This document shows, in pieces, positions 62,117 to 64,000 of a DNA stretch of 64,000 nt (the stretch's first letter is position 1; each line of letters begins with the position of its first letter). Source of the DNA: an uncultured Bacillales bacterium. GTDB lineage: Bacteria; Bacillota_I; Bacilli_A; RF39; UBA660. Where the stretch lies: the NCBI GenBank assembly GCA_947648915.1, contig CANSPQ010000001.1, forward strand, positions 12,429-76,428, given 5' to 3'. Made by a program: the position numbers and the translations under genes. The notes below the pieces were generated by a model. It was given only the letters and a program-made list of their open reading frames with translations, was not told where the DNA came from and made no database searches.

Positions 62117-62321
62117 TTCCTAATACAATTATATAACTACTACTTGTTCCATCATATTATAACAAGATTGATAATTAAAATCATCACTTTTCAATAGTAA
62201 AAATTATATAAGAAAATAGCTCCTGTGTTTAGTAGAACACTTGCCCACGTTAGATTAGCAAGGAGGGAAGCAAGGGGTTGCACTAAATACAAAAAAAGAA
62301 CTTAATACCAAGTCCTTAATT

Positions 62322-62343
62322 TCTAAATGGTCGGGAAAACAGG
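62322..62343. repeat. 22-bp perfect direct repeat, copy 1 (tctaaatggtcgggaaaacagg)
   Basis: Identical to 63336..63357. Followed by a 9-bp inverted repeat (ATTTTAGTA gtt TACTAAAAT) at 62350..62372. Confidence 0.85.
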
Positions 62344-62486
62344 TCTGATTTTAGTAGTTTACTAAAATTTAAAGATACTGTTTTCCTATTGAAAATCAAT
62401 TATAAAGCAATAAATCTGTTTAAAATCGTTTAACCGAATTTAAGAATTTTGGATTTTTTAAGTGGTAAATAAGATGTAATTTATTA

Positions 62487-63167
62487 CTAAGATTTAAAAG
62501 ATTCTATTCGCTCTCTTTCATTTTTGGATAAAATTCTTAGCCAATTTGCCAAGCCTTGTACATCCTTATTTCTTAAGAATTCAAAATATTTTGTTCTTTC
62601 TTCCTTTGGAATAACAATTGGCGGAATATTATTTTTTAACAATTCAAAATTAATTAATAATCTTCCTGTTCTACCATTTCCATCCTCAAAAGGATGAATA
62701 CTTTCAAATTCTAAATGATAACTGGCAACTTTATAGAAAATATCTGTGTTTTCATCATGATTATAATTATAAACAAAATACATCATTAAATTATTAATCT
62801 TCTCTGGACTTGGGGGAATATGTTCACTTCCTCTTATCATTACTCTAACATTTCGATACCCTTTTGTATCTTTAATATCTTGATTTATTACTTCATTCAT
62901 TTGTTTAATAAAATGTTCATCTAACTCTAATTCATTTTTTTGGAGTTTATCAAATAAAATCAACATTGCCTTTTTATGATTAATTGCCTCATAGATTTCT
63001 CTCGGCTCTTTATTGTTAATTTTAAAGTTGTTATCATTGAAAAGAATAGCATAAGTTTCTGCATAGGTCAGTGTACTACCTTCAATTGCATTGGAATGAT
63101 AGGTGCTTCTGGTAATAATGTCTTCTAAGTATTCCTTATTTTCTATAATAAAATCCATTATTTTCAT
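62487..63167 (-). CDS. Fic-family (AMPylase/Doc-type) protein
   Basis: 226 aa. Fic motif HPFEDGNGRTGR. Confidence 0.75.
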   Translation of the reverse strand: MKIMDFIIENKEYLEDIITRSTYHSNAIEGSTLTYAETYAILFNDNNFKINNKEPREIYEAINHKKAMLILFDKLQKNELELDEHFIKQMNEVINQDIKDTKGYRNVRVMIRGSEHIPPSPEKINNLMMYFVYNYNHDENTDIFYKVASYHLEFESIHPFEDGNGRTGRLLINFELLKNNIPPIVIPKEERTKYFEFLRNKDVQGLANWLRILSKNERERIESFKS

Positions 63168-63335
63168 AGTCCACTTCCTTTCTAACTGTTAATAGTATAT
63201 CATATATATGATATAAATTTGAACAAAATATTATCCACCACTTATTTTTTATAAACATTTTTAAATATAACTAAGCGATTATAAATATCCTTAAACCTAT
63301 TGATTCAAAAGAAAAACAGGATTAACCTGTTATAA

Positions 63336-63357
63336 TCTAAATGGTCGGGAAAACAGG
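63336..63357. repeat. 22-bp perfect direct repeat, copy 2
   Basis: Identical to 62322..62343. Lies 1014 bp downstream of copy 1, so the two copies flank the Fic gene. Confidence 0.85.
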
Positions 63358-63387
63358 ACGAACTAGAAAGAAATTGATTACTACATA

Positions 63388-63413
63388 ATCCACAAAAAAC
63401 CGTGGATTTTTTC
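63388..63413 (+). terminator. Rho-independent terminator (ATCCAC-loop-GTGGAT + TTTTTT)
   Basis: Reads cataATCCACaaaaaaccGTGGATtttttccg. Lies immediately after repeat copy 2 and upstream of the RepA_N-like gene. Confidence 0.5.
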
Positions 63414-63499
63414 CGTTTCATTACGGATGATTCCTTTTTGAAACACTTAATTTTAGAAAATTTAAGTGCTGAATAAGTGCTAGAAAAGGAGGAATGTTC

Positions 63500-64000
63500 A
63501 TGTCAGTTTTTAGAATTAACAAAGATAAAAATTATACAGTTATGAGTAACTATCATTTACGTGATAAAAATATATCTTATAAAGCAAAAGGACTACTATC
63601 ATTTATGTTAAGTTTACCTGATGACTGGGATTATTCTATGAATGGATTATGTAAGGTAAGTAAAGAAAACATTAGAGCCATTCGCTCTACTCTTCATGAA
63701 TTAGAAGCATATGGCTATTTGATGAGAGAACGTATCCAAAATGAAAAAGGACAATTTGGTTACAACTATTCTATTTATGAATATCCAACTATCCAAGTAC
63801 CGCATACCCATAATCCGCATACGGATAATGCGAATACCCAAGATGACCTACAAATAAATACAAATGAAATAAATACGAAAAAACAAATAGATAAAGTAGA
63901 TAAACACTTTCATCCCATTACAATGGAATTAATTGTTAAGAAATATTTAAAAGAAGATGATTTAGAACTTTATAAATATGATAACTTCATCAATGAAATG
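63500..64000 (+). CDS. RepA_N-like replication initiator / replisome organiser of a Firmicutes mobile element (3'-truncated by window edge)
   Basis: AAAGGAGGAATGTTC RBS. MSVFRINKDKNYTVMSNYHLRDKNISYKAKGLLSFMLSLPDDWDYSMNGLCKVSKENIRAIRSTLHELEAYGYLMRER resembles the RepA_N (firmicute plasmid/ICE replication initiator) N-domain. The frame stays open to position 64000. Confidence 0.5.
   Translation, partial: MSVFRINKDKNYTVMSNYHLRDKNISYKAKGLLSFMLSLPDDWDYSMNGLCKVSKENIRAIRSTLHELEAYGYLMRERIQNEKGQFGYNYSIYEYPTIQVPHTHNPHTDNANTQDDLQINTNEINTKKQIDKVDKHFHPITMELIVKKYLKEDDLELYKYDNFINEM

Overview
This is a low-GC (~27-30% GC) Firmicutes/Bacillota chromosome segment from a spore-former. It carries a gerA-type germinant receptor operon and a dacB-spmA-spmB operon. 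Gene density is very high and most genes are on the minus strand.

Four blocks stand out:

1. Positions 1-18035, minus strand: a large Tad/Flp-type (tight-adherence, type IVb) pilus locus.
 - A right sub-operon holds a 528-aa membrane protein, a 214-aa anchored protein, a 1075-aa Cys-rich secreted giant, a small TM protein, CpaB-like, CpaF/TadA ATPase, TadB and TadC.
 - Next come a MazEF-like toxin-antitoxin pair and a YfhO-family GT-C glycosyltransferase.
 - A left sub-operon has its own strong promoter and holds the Flp prepilin, two paralogous TadE-like pseudopilins, TadZ/CpaE-like, two Cys-rich/TM proteins with a shared C-terminal TM module, and a polytopic membrane protein running off the window edge.

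2. Positions 18.4-46.6 kb: housekeeping and sporulation genes punctuated by small accessory insertions.
 - An AbiEi/AbiEii pair lies between two RNA-modification genes.
 - An Rpn-family PD-(D/E)XK 'transposase' carries an in-frame 12-bp tandem repeat.
 - An orphan 490-aa type-IV-prepilin-like protein with a poly-C9 tract just upstream is inserted between pcrA and ligA.
 - A DinD-like gene is present.

3. Positions 46.7-61.3 kb: an ABC-transporter-dependent cell-wall glycopolymer locus.
 - Components: CsbB-like GT2, split Alg13/Alg14-like pair, GT4, GtrA, several GT2s, Wzm/Wzt, a Wzy/WaaL-like membrane protein, a degenerate ABC half-transporter and a YkcB-like GT-C.
 - A second Rpn-family gene is inserted in it.

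4. Positions 61.4-64.0 kb: an apparent mobile-element boundary.
 - An HExxH protein and a Fic-family gene sit between two perfect 22-bp direct repeats.
 - A plus-strand terminator and a RepA_N-like replication-initiator gene follow and run off the right edge.

No rRNA, tRNA or CRISPR array was recognised. All calls rest on reading the supplied translations and the DNA by eye; no database search was run.
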